Source: Bacteroidales bacterium
Lineage (GTDB): Bacteria > Bacteroidota > Bacteroidia > Bacteroidales > UBA7960
Direction: 5' to 3'
NCBI GenBank assembly: GCA_041690235.1
Contig: JAWLHS010000001.1
Span: 881 to 64,880, forward strand
Length of the DNA stretch: 64,000 bases
Below, in pieces: positions 1 through 7,801 of this stretch; the first letter of the stretch is position 1, and the number at the start of each line of letters is the position of its first letter. The notes under the pieces were generated by a model. It was not told the origin of the DNA. It saw only the letters and a list, made by a program, of their open reading frames with translations, and did no database searches. The position numbers were made by a program, and so were the translations under genes.

Positions 1-1
1 G

Positions 2-460
2 GTGAGCAGGACGGATTTTCGAAAATTCCTGGTTTACGCCGCCCTGATCCCGGTCCTGATGTTTGCCCTGGGATGGGCCGTTTCCGGATCGCACAAGCTG
101 CTTTCGAAAGCCCATCCCGATGTATACCTGGCCAATCTGCTGGTTGCCAGACCAGACCTCATGCAGACCACCGACAACATCGATATTGAAACTTTTATGG
201 CCTCCGGAAAAACCCTGGATATGCTGGTCGAGGATGCCGGTATCATACAGGAGAAATTCCGCAAGGGCGGTTGGTTTTTGGGCGGATTTATCGGCTTGGT
301 CATCGGATGGACCCTTTTGAATCAGGTGGTCTTCAGAAAACGAACCATTTACGAGGCCAACCGCGGCAACTGTTTTAGCTGCGGGCGTTGCATGGAATAC
401 TGTCCGGTTGGAAAGCCGGAACACCCCTATCACGCCCAAGCCGATGCACAAAGGGATTGA
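2..460 (+). CDS. membrane-associated 4Fe-4S cluster-binding protein, C-terminal part (5' end lies outside the window)
   Basis: The ORF is open from the window edge. It has two hydrophobic segments (LVYAALIPVLMFALGWAV, WFLGGFIGLVIGWTLL) followed by a ferredoxin-type motif, CFSCGRCMEYCP. Confidence 0.55.
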   Translation: MSRTDFRKFLVYAALIPVLMFALGWAVSGSHKLLSKAHPDVYLANLLVARPDLMQTTDNIDIETFMASGKTLDMLVEDAGIIQEKFRKGGWFLGGFIGLVIGWTLLNQVVFRKRTIYEANRGNCFSCGRCMEYCPVGKPEHPYHAQADAQRD

Positions 461-486
461 ATAGTGAAGCCTTGAATAATTTCAAA

Positions 487-2355
487 ATGAATAGAGAAGA
501 AAAAATAAAGCGAACGAAGCAGGTAGCCATCATTGCCGGGGTGTTCACAGCCCTGGTCAGTCTGTTGCTTTTGCTGAACTATCTGCAAATCAAATCCAGC
601 GACCCCCTGGAAAGCCAAACCCTGAAAACCCTGGTGGACCGCCTTTCAGCAGATCCCGGCAACCATGCACTCATGGAAGAAATCCGTCAGCTTGATTTGC
701 TGGCCCGGAAGGCTTACTTTAACAGCCTCTGGCAGATACGCACCGGAGCCTACCTTCTCCTTTTCGGGGCCATCGTATTGGTCCTGGCCCTGAGGGTTCA
801 CAGCAAGCTGGTCTTCTCCATCGGGAAACCATCCGACGAAAAACCAACAGCCGGCCGGGACAGAAAATTATCGCAACGATGGATTGCGGCAACAGGAGCC
901 ATCATCATCATCGGAGCCGGTATGTCGGCCGTTTTCACCGCCGACTACCTCAGGCCATTCGACACCCTGAAAATGGCAGAAGAAGTTCCAGGCCATGATG
1001 GCATCGAACAGATCGATATTTCCCTGGCAGAGCCCACTGCGAACAGCCCGGAGCCGGAAATGACAACGGGAGGCCCCCCGGCGGGAACTGCAGATGCAGG
1101 CATGGATGCTGATCCCCAGACGCAGGAGATGGTCACGGAAGAAGCATCTGTAGAAACACCGGGTGAAACCACCGCCAGGCAACCCCCACCCCCGTTATTA
1201 ACGGAAGCCTCGGTACGACAAAACCACAACACTTTCAGGGGGCCCTGGGGCACCGGCATCAGTGCCCACGGGAACATCCCCTCTGAATGGGACGCGGCAA
1301 GCGGTGAAAACATCATCTGGAAAACCGAAATCCCCATGCACGGCTACAACTCCCCGGTCCTATGGGACGACAAGCTGTTTATGTCAGGGGCCACCGAAAG
1401 CAGAAGGATGGTCTATTGTTACGACCGCCATACCGGCAGCAAGCAATGGGAAAAGGAGGCCTCCGGAATCCCGGGTTCACCGGCAACACCGCCACGTACA
1501 ACGGATGACACCGGACTGGCAGCGCCGAGCCTGGTGGTCGACGGGCAACGGGTGGTGGCTTTGTTCGGCACGGGCGACATCATTGCCTTCGACCACAACG
1601 GAAACCGTTTATGGGCCAAAAACCTGGGGGTTCCCGCCAATCACTATGGCCACTCTTCTTCATTGTTGATGTGGGACGGGAAGGTGATGGTACAATACGA
1701 CACCCAGGACGGAAGCCGGGTTTTCGCGCTGGAAGCAGCAACGGGACAGATTGCATGGGAAACCCCACGCAGCAACGGGGTAAGCTGGGCCTCCCCCATC
1801 CTGGCGAAAGTCGACGGAACATTTCAACTGATCCTGCTGGCCAACCCCAGCCTTTCCGCCTATGACATCCAAAGCGGACGCCAACTGTGGTCGGTCAATT
1901 GCATGTCGGGCGAGGTGGGTCCTTCTCCGGCTTTTGGCGGGGGACTTGTATATGCTGCCAACGAATACGCCAAAATGGTCGGGGTGGACGCGAAAACGGG
2001 GCAACAGCAGTGGGAAGACAACTATTACCTGCCCGAAGTGGCCAGTCTGCTGTATTTCGACGGACTCCTTTACGTGGCGACCACTTTCGCGGTATTGGCC
2101 TGTTTCGAGGCAAGCAGCGGGGAGTTCTTATGGGAATACGACACGGACGATGGTTTTTATTCTTCTCCGGTCATAGCCGATAACAAATTGTATATTATCG
2201 ACACCAGCGGCAAAGCATATGTCTTTAACCCGGGCAGGGAACCGGATCTGATCGCCACTTCGGAACTCGGGGAAAGGGTGTTCGCCACCCCGGTTTTTGC
2301 GGAGGGAAGATTGTATATCAGGGGAAATCGCCACCTTTACTGTATAGGAAACTAA
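487..2355 (+). CDS. membrane-anchored PQQ-like (BamB-type) beta-propeller repeat protein
   Basis: ATG at 487 (MNREEK), 26 nt after the upstream stop; the 388 start overlaps the upstream gene. Three N-terminal hydrophobic helices and a Pro/Glu/Thr-rich linker precede about 370 aa of repeated propeller blades (e.g. SPVLWDDKLFMSG, GQIAWETPR, GEFLWEYDTDD, SSPVIADNKLYI). Confidence 0.7.
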   Translation: MNREEKIKRTKQVAIIAGVFTALVSLLLLLNYLQIKSSDPLESQTLKTLVDRLSADPGNHALMEEIRQLDLLARKAYFNSLWQIRTGAYLLLFGAIVLVLALRVHSKLVFSIGKPSDEKPTAGRDRKLSQRWIAATGAIIIIGAGMSAVFTADYLRPFDTLKMAEEVPGHDGIEQIDISLAEPTANSPEPEMTTGGPPAGTADAGMDADPQTQEMVTEEASVETPGETTARQPPPPLLTEASVRQNHNTFRGPWGTGISAHGNIPSEWDAASGENIIWKTEIPMHGYNSPVLWDDKLFMSGATESRRMVYCYDRHTGSKQWEKEASGIPGSPATPPRTTDDTGLAAPSLVVDGQRVVALFGTGDIIAFDHNGNRLWAKNLGVPANHYGHSSSLLMWDGKVMVQYDTQDGSRVFALEAATGQIAWETPRSNGVSWASPILAKVDGTFQLILLANPSLSAYDIQSGRQLWSVNCMSGEVGPSPAFGGGLVYAANEYAKMVGVDAKTGQQQWEDNYYLPEVASLLYFDGLLYVATTFAVLACFEASSGEFLWEYDTDDGFYSSPVIADNKLYIIDTSGKAYVFNPGREPDLIATSELGERVFATPVFAEGRLYIRGNRHLYCIGN

Positions 2356-2402
2356 GCCGATTTCGGGCACAAGGCGGCCCGGGCAATTACAGGCATGCAT
2401 CT

Positions 2403-4733
2403 ATGATAGCGCAAACAGATAAAATAATCGCTCAAACGGGAAACGGAAAAGAATCCGTTATCGCGATACTGCAAGCCATCCAGAAGGAATACCATTACCT
2501 TCCGGAAGCAGCGCTGAAACGGGTATGCGAAACGACGGACATTACCGCGGCGGAAATCATCGGGGTGGCCAGCTTTTATTCCCAGTTTCGGTTCCAGCCG
2601 GCCGGCAAGCACCTCGTGAAGGTTTGCGTGGGTACGGCCTGCCATGTGAAGGGAGCCGGACTGGTTTATGATTCCCTGAGACGTGAACTTCATATTGAAG
2701 AAGGCCGGGACACGGACGACAGCCGCACTTTTACGGTGGAGAAGGTCAGTTGCCTGGGATGCTGCACACTGGCACCTGTGGTGCAGATCGACAACACCAC
2801 TTACGGACATGTAAGCCCGGCCACGGCCAAAACCATTATCGAAGATTTTATCAGCCGCGGTGCAGGAAAACAAAAGGGGCCAAAATCCAAGGCCGGCAAA
2901 CAGGCCCTTCAGGGAGAGATTCGTATCGGCCTGGGATCCTGCTGCGTCGCCAGCGGCAGCGATGACATCCGTCAAGCCGTGGAGGAGACCGTGAATAAAG
3001 ACGCCCTGAATGTGAACATTAAACATGTTGGCTGCGTGGGCATGTGCCATCAGGTTCCGCTGGTGGAGATCCTGCCCGAGGGAAAAGCACCGCAACTATA
3101 CGCCAGGGTCACCCCGACAGATATCAGGTATATTGTTGAAAAGCATTTCCAGCCCCACGGTTTTTTTAATCGCCTGAAGAACCGCTTCGAGCACCTGGTT
3201 GAAAACATTCAGCACGAAGGACGCTGGGAGGGCATCGAACGCTACTCCATCAATGTCAGGGAAAAGCACGTCATGGCATTCCTGGGCAACCAGATACCCA
3301 TCGCCACAGAGCACCGTGGCGTGATCAACCCCACCGACATGGAGGAGTATGTGTCCAGGGGCGGCTTTGACGGATTGAAAAAAGCCCTCTCCATGCCCCC
3401 CCCGCAACTGATCGAATTGGTGAAGGCAAGCGGTCTGAAAGGTCGGGGCGGTGCGGGGTTCCCGACCGGACTGAAATGGGAGGCCGTAGCTGGTCAGGAC
3501 GCCCCGGTCAAATACCTGATTTGCAATGGGGACGAAGGTGATCCCGGGGCATTCATGGACCGCATGTTGCTGGAATCCTATCCCTACCGCATCATCGAAG
3601 GCATGCTGATTGCTGCCCGGGCCACCGGGGCCACCCAGGGCTACTTCTATATCCGCGCCGAATACCCGCTGGCCGTGCTGAGGATCCGGGAAGCCCTGGA
3701 GCGATGTACCGCAGAGGGCTGGCTTGGCAGGGATATTGGTGGCTCGGGATTCAGCTTCGACATCCGCATCAAGGAAGGGGCCGGTGCCTTTGTTTGCGGT
3801 GAGGAGACGGCACTGATCGCTTCGATGGAAGGAAGGCGCGGCTTTCCAAGGCTCAGGCCACCTTACCCGGCGGAACGGGGACTATGGGACCGTCCGACAC
3901 TCATCAACAACACCGAAACCTTTGCCCAGTTGCCCTATATTCTGAGCCATGGACATGAAAAGTTCGCCGCCATAGGAACCTCATCCAGCAAGGGCACCAA
4001 GGTGTTCGCCCTGGCAGGCAAGGTCAGCAGGGGCGGTTTGATCGAAGTGCCCATGGGCATCAGCGTCCGCCAAATCGTCGACGACATAGGAGGAGGGGTA
4101 CCGGGTGGCCACAAACTGAAGGCCGTACAAATCGGCGGACCTTCAGGGGGGTGTGTTCCTCATTTTCTGGCGGACCGGCCGGTGGACTTTGAATCGCTGG
4201 GAGAGGTCGGGGCCATGATGGGGTCCGGCGGACTGGTTGTGTTGGATGAAACGGACTGCATGGTCGACATCGCAAAATATTTCCTTTCATTTACCCAGAG
4301 TGAGTCCTGCGGAAAATGTACGTTCTGCAGGGTGGGCACCCGGCGCATGCTGGATATTATGGAAAGACTTTGTGAAGGGAAAGCCGTGGAGGAAGACCTG
4401 GAAGAGCTGGAAACACTGGCAGAATGGACAAAAAAAGGAAGCCTTTGCGGATTGGGAAAAACAGCTCCCAACCCAGTACTGTCCACCCTCCACTACTTCC
4501 GGGAGGAGTACCTGGCCCACATCAAAGGCAGGTGTCCGACAGGAAGTTGCAAGGCACTGATCACTTATTCGGTAAACGACAACTGCATCGGATGTACCAT
4601 CTGTGCCCAGCAATGCCCGGAAGATGCCATTGCATTCGATCCCCACAAAAAACATGAAATTGACACCACGCGATGCACCAAATGCGATATCTGTCGTCAG
4701 GCCTGCCCGGAAGATGCCATCAGTGTAAATTGA
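2403..4733 (+). CDS. fused NuoE-like / NuoF-like NADH-binding FMN Fe-S flavoprotein (HydC-HydB, Bfu-type)
   Basis: N-terminus has the thioredoxin-like 2Fe-2S motif (CVGTACHV ... SCLGCCTLAP), then a second 2Fe-2S-like domain (GSCCVASG ... GCVGMCHQVP). The NuoF core follows (GRGGAGFPTGLKWE, YLICNGDEGDPGAFMDR, GAGAFVCGEETALI, ESCGKCTFCRVG). The C-terminus has two ferredoxin motifs (CIGCTICAQQCP, CTKCDICRQACP). Confidence 0.85.
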   Translation: MIAQTDKIIAQTGNGKESVIAILQAIQKEYHYLPEAALKRVCETTDITAAEIIGVASFYSQFRFQPAGKHLVKVCVGTACHVKGAGLVYDSLRRELHIEEGRDTDDSRTFTVEKVSCLGCCTLAPVVQIDNTTYGHVSPATAKTIIEDFISRGAGKQKGPKSKAGKQALQGEIRIGLGSCCVASGSDDIRQAVEETVNKDALNVNIKHVGCVGMCHQVPLVEILPEGKAPQLYARVTPTDIRYIVEKHFQPHGFFNRLKNRFEHLVENIQHEGRWEGIERYSINVREKHVMAFLGNQIPIATEHRGVINPTDMEEYVSRGGFDGLKKALSMPPPQLIELVKASGLKGRGGAGFPTGLKWEAVAGQDAPVKYLICNGDEGDPGAFMDRMLLESYPYRIIEGMLIAARATGATQGYFYIRAEYPLAVLRIREALERCTAEGWLGRDIGGSGFSFDIRIKEGAGAFVCGEETALIASMEGRRGFPRLRPPYPAERGLWDRPTLINNTETFAQLPYILSHGHEKFAAIGTSSSKGTKVFALAGKVSRGGLIEVPMGISVRQIVDDIGGGVPGGHKLKAVQIGGPSGGCVPHFLADRPVDFESLGEVGAMMGSGGLVVLDETDCMVDIAKYFLSFTQSESCGKCTFCRVGTRRMLDIMERLCEGKAVEEDLEELETLAEWTKKGSLCGLGKTAPNPVLSTLHYFREEYLAHIKGRCPTGSCKALITYSVNDNCIGCTICAQQCPEDAIAFDPHKKHEIDTTRCTKCDICRQACPEDAISVN

Positions 4734-4766
4734 AACCAAACCATGCCACCCGATTGAAAAACAAAG

Positions 4767-6323
4767 ATGATCAAAATAACCATCAATAACAGGGAAGTCG
4801 AAGCCGAAGAGGGCAGCATGTTGCTGGAAGTCTCTGTCGGGGCGGGCTTTCCCATTCCAGCCATGTGTTACAACGGGCAGGAGGAACACTTTACTTCCTG
4901 CATGATATGCCTGGTGAAGGAACGCACCACCGGAAAACTCCTGCCCTCCTGTTCGGTCCGGGTGGCTCCCGGAATGGATATCGTAACAGAGGATGACGAG
5001 ATCAGGACCGCTCGAAAAACAGCCCTGGAATTGCTCCTGTCTGAACACGTCGGTGACTGTGAAGCCCCCTGCCGTATTGCTTGTCCGGCCTTCATGGATA
5101 TTCCCCGAATGAACCGCCTGATTGCAGCCGGGCAGGTTCAACAAGCCCTTGAGGTGGTACGTCGCGACATCGCCCTGCCCGCAGTCCTTGGAAGAATCTG
5201 TCCCGCTCCCTGCGAAGGGGCATGCAAGCGCAGGCCCATCGACCAGCCGGTGGCCATATGCCTGCTGAAACGCTTTACTGCCGATGAATCCGGCCCCTTA
5301 ATGCTGCCGGAAACGGCGACCACCGGCAAAAAAGTGGCCATCATCGGGGCGGGGCCTGCCGGGCTGTCGGCGGCATTCTACCTGCAGCAAAAAGGCATAC
5401 AGGCGGTGATTTTCGACCGCAACCCACTCCCGGGGGGGAGCCTGCAATACGAAATTCCGGATGAAAAACTGGACAAATCCGTGCTTGCCGGAGAGATTTC
5501 ATTGATTCGTCAGACAGGCGTGCAGTTCAGGCCGGACCAACTGATTGATGCAACCGCTTTCGAAAGGCTCCGCAGGGATTACGATGCGGTGGTCGTGGCC
5601 ACCGGGAACCATTCAGCCGCCCTGGATTCCTGGGGTATTGAACACAACGGAAAGCAGTTGCAGGCAGACAAATCGACCCATCAGACCGGGCTCGAAGGTG
5701 TGTTCGCCATAGGCAACGCCAACCGGCCCGGAAAACTCGCCATCCGTTCGGCGGCCCAGGGCAAGGAAGTGGCAAAAAGCATTGAGCAGTTATTCAGCGG
5801 GGAACCGGTGAGGGGAGAAACCAGGCGGTTTAACTCCAGTTTCGGCCGACTGATGGAAGAGGAATTTCCAGAATACCTGAAAGAAGGCAGCCCTGACAAG
5901 CGGCAGCAAGCCCGGGGAAAGCCGGGCAACGGTTTCGACCCCGACCAGGCCCGCATGGAAGCCGCACGGTGTATGCACTGCGACTGCCGCAAACCGGACC
6001 ATTGCAAGCTCAGGGATTATGCCGGGATGTACAAGGCCTCCAGGCGACGCTTCTCTTACTCCAGTCGAAAACCCGTGAGAAAGTTCATGCAGGATGAGGG
6101 GGTTGTCTATGAGCCGGGAAAGTGTATTAAGTGCGGTATCTGTGTGAGACTCACCGCCAGGCACCAGGAAACCTTCGGATTTACATTTATTGGCAGGGGT
6201 TTTGATGTGGAGATAGGGGTTCCCTTCAACGAAACACTGGATAAAGCCCTGGTAAAAACCGCCCAAGCAGTTGCCCTGGCCTGCCCAACCGGGGCGCTTT
6301 GCTTTTCCAAAAATTCAATATAA
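4767..6323 (+). CDS. chimeric Fe-S flavoprotein: NuoG/HydA-type N-terminal 2Fe-2S domain, GltD-like FAD domain, NuoG-type 4Fe-4S C-terminus
   Basis: N-terminus has a C-x10-C-x2-C-x13-C pattern (CYNGQEEHFTSCMICLV...PSC). GltD-type Fe-S motifs follow (DCEAPCRIACP, ICPAPCEGACKR), then the dinucleotide fold KKVAIIGAGPAGLSAAFYL and GVFAIGNA. The C-terminus has CMHCDC...C and CIKCGICVRL...ACPTGAL. Confidence 0.7.
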   Translation: MIKITINNREVEAEEGSMLLEVSVGAGFPIPAMCYNGQEEHFTSCMICLVKERTTGKLLPSCSVRVAPGMDIVTEDDEIRTARKTALELLLSEHVGDCEAPCRIACPAFMDIPRMNRLIAAGQVQQALEVVRRDIALPAVLGRICPAPCEGACKRRPIDQPVAICLLKRFTADESGPLMLPETATTGKKVAIIGAGPAGLSAAFYLQQKGIQAVIFDRNPLPGGSLQYEIPDEKLDKSVLAGEISLIRQTGVQFRPDQLIDATAFERLRRDYDAVVVATGNHSAALDSWGIEHNGKQLQADKSTHQTGLEGVFAIGNANRPGKLAIRSAAQGKEVAKSIEQLFSGEPVRGETRRFNSSFGRLMEEEFPEYLKEGSPDKRQQARGKPGNGFDPDQARMEAARCMHCDCRKPDHCKLRDYAGMYKASRRRFSYSSRKPVRKFMQDEGVVYEPGKCIKCGICVRLTARHQETFGFTFIGRGFDVEIGVPFNETLDKALVKTAQAVALACPTGALCFSKNSI

Positions 6324-6342
6324 AAACCCGATAAATCAACAG

Positions 6343-7446
6343 ATGATGACCCTTAGCGCCCTTCTATTCCTGCTGTTTTTCATCCCACAAGCCAACCAGT
6401 CCGGCTGGCCCGAATTTCGTGGTGGACAACACCTTCGGGGTACCACCTCAGAAACCATTCCCTTCATGGTGGAGCAGCATTGGGTGTTTCAAACGGGCGA
6501 TGAGATCAAGGCATCCCCCGTCATTCAGGGGAACAGCATCGTGATCGGAAGCACCGACCAACATGTGTATTGCCTTGACATGGAGGGGAAGCTGATTTGG
6601 AAGTTCAAAGCCGGCAATGCCATTGAAGCTTCGGCCCTCATCCGAAACGGAATCGTTTATATCGGTGACCTGCATGGCAATCTTTTTGCGCTTGAATTGG
6701 CCAGCGGAAAACAAATCTGGAAGTACGAAACCCAAAACCAGATCATGGCCGCACCAAACTGGTGGAGCGATGGAGAGCGCACGTACATCCTTGTGGGAGC
6801 ATACGATTATTACCTGCATTGCGTGGATGCGAAAACCGGACAGCCCATCTGGAAGTATGAGGCACAGAACTACCTGAATGCAGCAGTGGCCGTCGAAGGC
6901 AATCTGGCCGTCTTCGGGGGGTGCGACGGACTCCTGCACGTTGTCGACATTGAAACCGGAAATGCAGCATCCGCCATCGAAATCGCCACCTATGTAGCCG
7001 GATCAACCGCATTGGACAATGGCAAGGCTTTTGTTGGTGACTATGACGGCATCTTCAGTTGCATTGACTACCGTTCCGGTCAAATCCAGTGGCAGTTTGA
7101 GAGCCGCGACCGCCAGCTGCCCTTTATCGGCTCCCCGGCCATAACGGATAAGCATGTATTCATTGGCAGCCGCGACCGCTTTGTGTATGGTCTGGATATA
7201 AGCACCGGGTCAGTCATATGGCAGAAAAATACCGGTAGCCGTGTCGATGCCTCCCCGCTTGCAGACCGCCGGAACTTGCTTGTAGCGAATATGCGGGGCG
7301 ATCTTTTGCTTTTCAACCAGGAAACCGGTCAAACCGTCTGGACCTACGAGCTGGGAAGCCCGCTTATCGGACATCCGGCTGTATCGCAGGGAAAAATCAT
7401 TGCCGGCGCACAGGACGGCAATATCTATTGCCTGGGTGCGCCCTGA
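6343..7446 (+). CDS. exported PQQ-like (BamB-type) beta-propeller repeat protein
   Basis: ATG at 6343 gives a signal-peptide-like N-terminus, MMTLSALLFLLFFIPQANQ. About eight repeated blades follow (ASPVIQGNSIVIGSTDQHVYCLD, GKLIWKFK, GKQIWKYE, GQPIWKYE, GQIQWQFE, GSVIWQK, GQTVWTYE). Confidence 0.75.
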   Translation: MMTLSALLFLLFFIPQANQSGWPEFRGGQHLRGTTSETIPFMVEQHWVFQTGDEIKASPVIQGNSIVIGSTDQHVYCLDMEGKLIWKFKAGNAIEASALIRNGIVYIGDLHGNLFALELASGKQIWKYETQNQIMAAPNWWSDGERTYILVGAYDYYLHCVDAKTGQPIWKYEAQNYLNAAVAVEGNLAVFGGCDGLLHVVDIETGNAASAIEIATYVAGSTALDNGKAFVGDYDGIFSCIDYRSGQIQWQFESRDRQLPFIGSPAITDKHVFIGSRDRFVYGLDISTGSVIWQKNTGSRVDASPLADRRNLLVANMRGDLLLFNQETGQTVWTYELGSPLIGHPAVSQGKIIAGAQDGNIYCLGAP

Positions 7447-7452
7447 GCGAGA

Positions 7453-7737
7453 GCCGCACCGGTGAGCGCCGCAACGAAATACGGATCAGCGCGCCAGGGC
7501 GCGAAGCCGGTGCGGAACGAGCGCATTTGAAATTTTGAAGAAATTTTGCAGCGCAAGGGCCGCACCGGCGAGCGCCGCAGCGAAATACGAATCAGCGCCC
7601 CAGGGCGCGAAGCCGGTGCGGAACGAGCGCATTTGAAATTTTGAAGAAATTTTGCAGCGCAAGGGCCGCACCGGCGAGCGCCGCAACGAAATACGAATCA
7701 GCGCCCCAGGGCGCGAAGCCGGTGCGGAACGAGCGCA
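7453..7737. repeat. 106-bp tandem repeat, about 2.7 copies, each unit with a 10-bp inverted repeat and an inner GC hairpin
   Basis: Units start at 7453, 7559 and 7665, so the period is exactly 106. Copies differ at only about 4 positions. Each unit contains CCGCACCGGC ... GCCGGTGCGG, an inner GCGCCC-CA-GGGCGC, and an AT-rich tail ATTTGAAATTTTGAAGAAATTTTGCA. Confidence 0.9.
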
Positions 7738-7801
7738 AGCGCCGTAGCGATGAGCGCCGGTGGAAAGGAATCATGTACAAACGAAATGCGAATTGAACGT
7801 A

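Noticed and set aside
487-7446. The PQQ-repeat proteins might be true PQQ-dependent dehydrogenases supplying the substrate-oxidising activity of the operon.
   Set aside because: The propellers are about 370 aa, which is BamB-like. They are not the 550-700 aa of quinoprotein dehydrogenases. I see no cytochrome c (CxxCH) domain and no pqq biosynthesis genes. They are called only as PQQ-like repeat propellers.
7453-7737. The periodic repeat could be a CRISPR array.
   Set aside because: The whole 106-bp period is conserved between copies, so there are no unique spacers. The repeat unit is far longer than CRISPR repeats, and no cas genes occur in the window.
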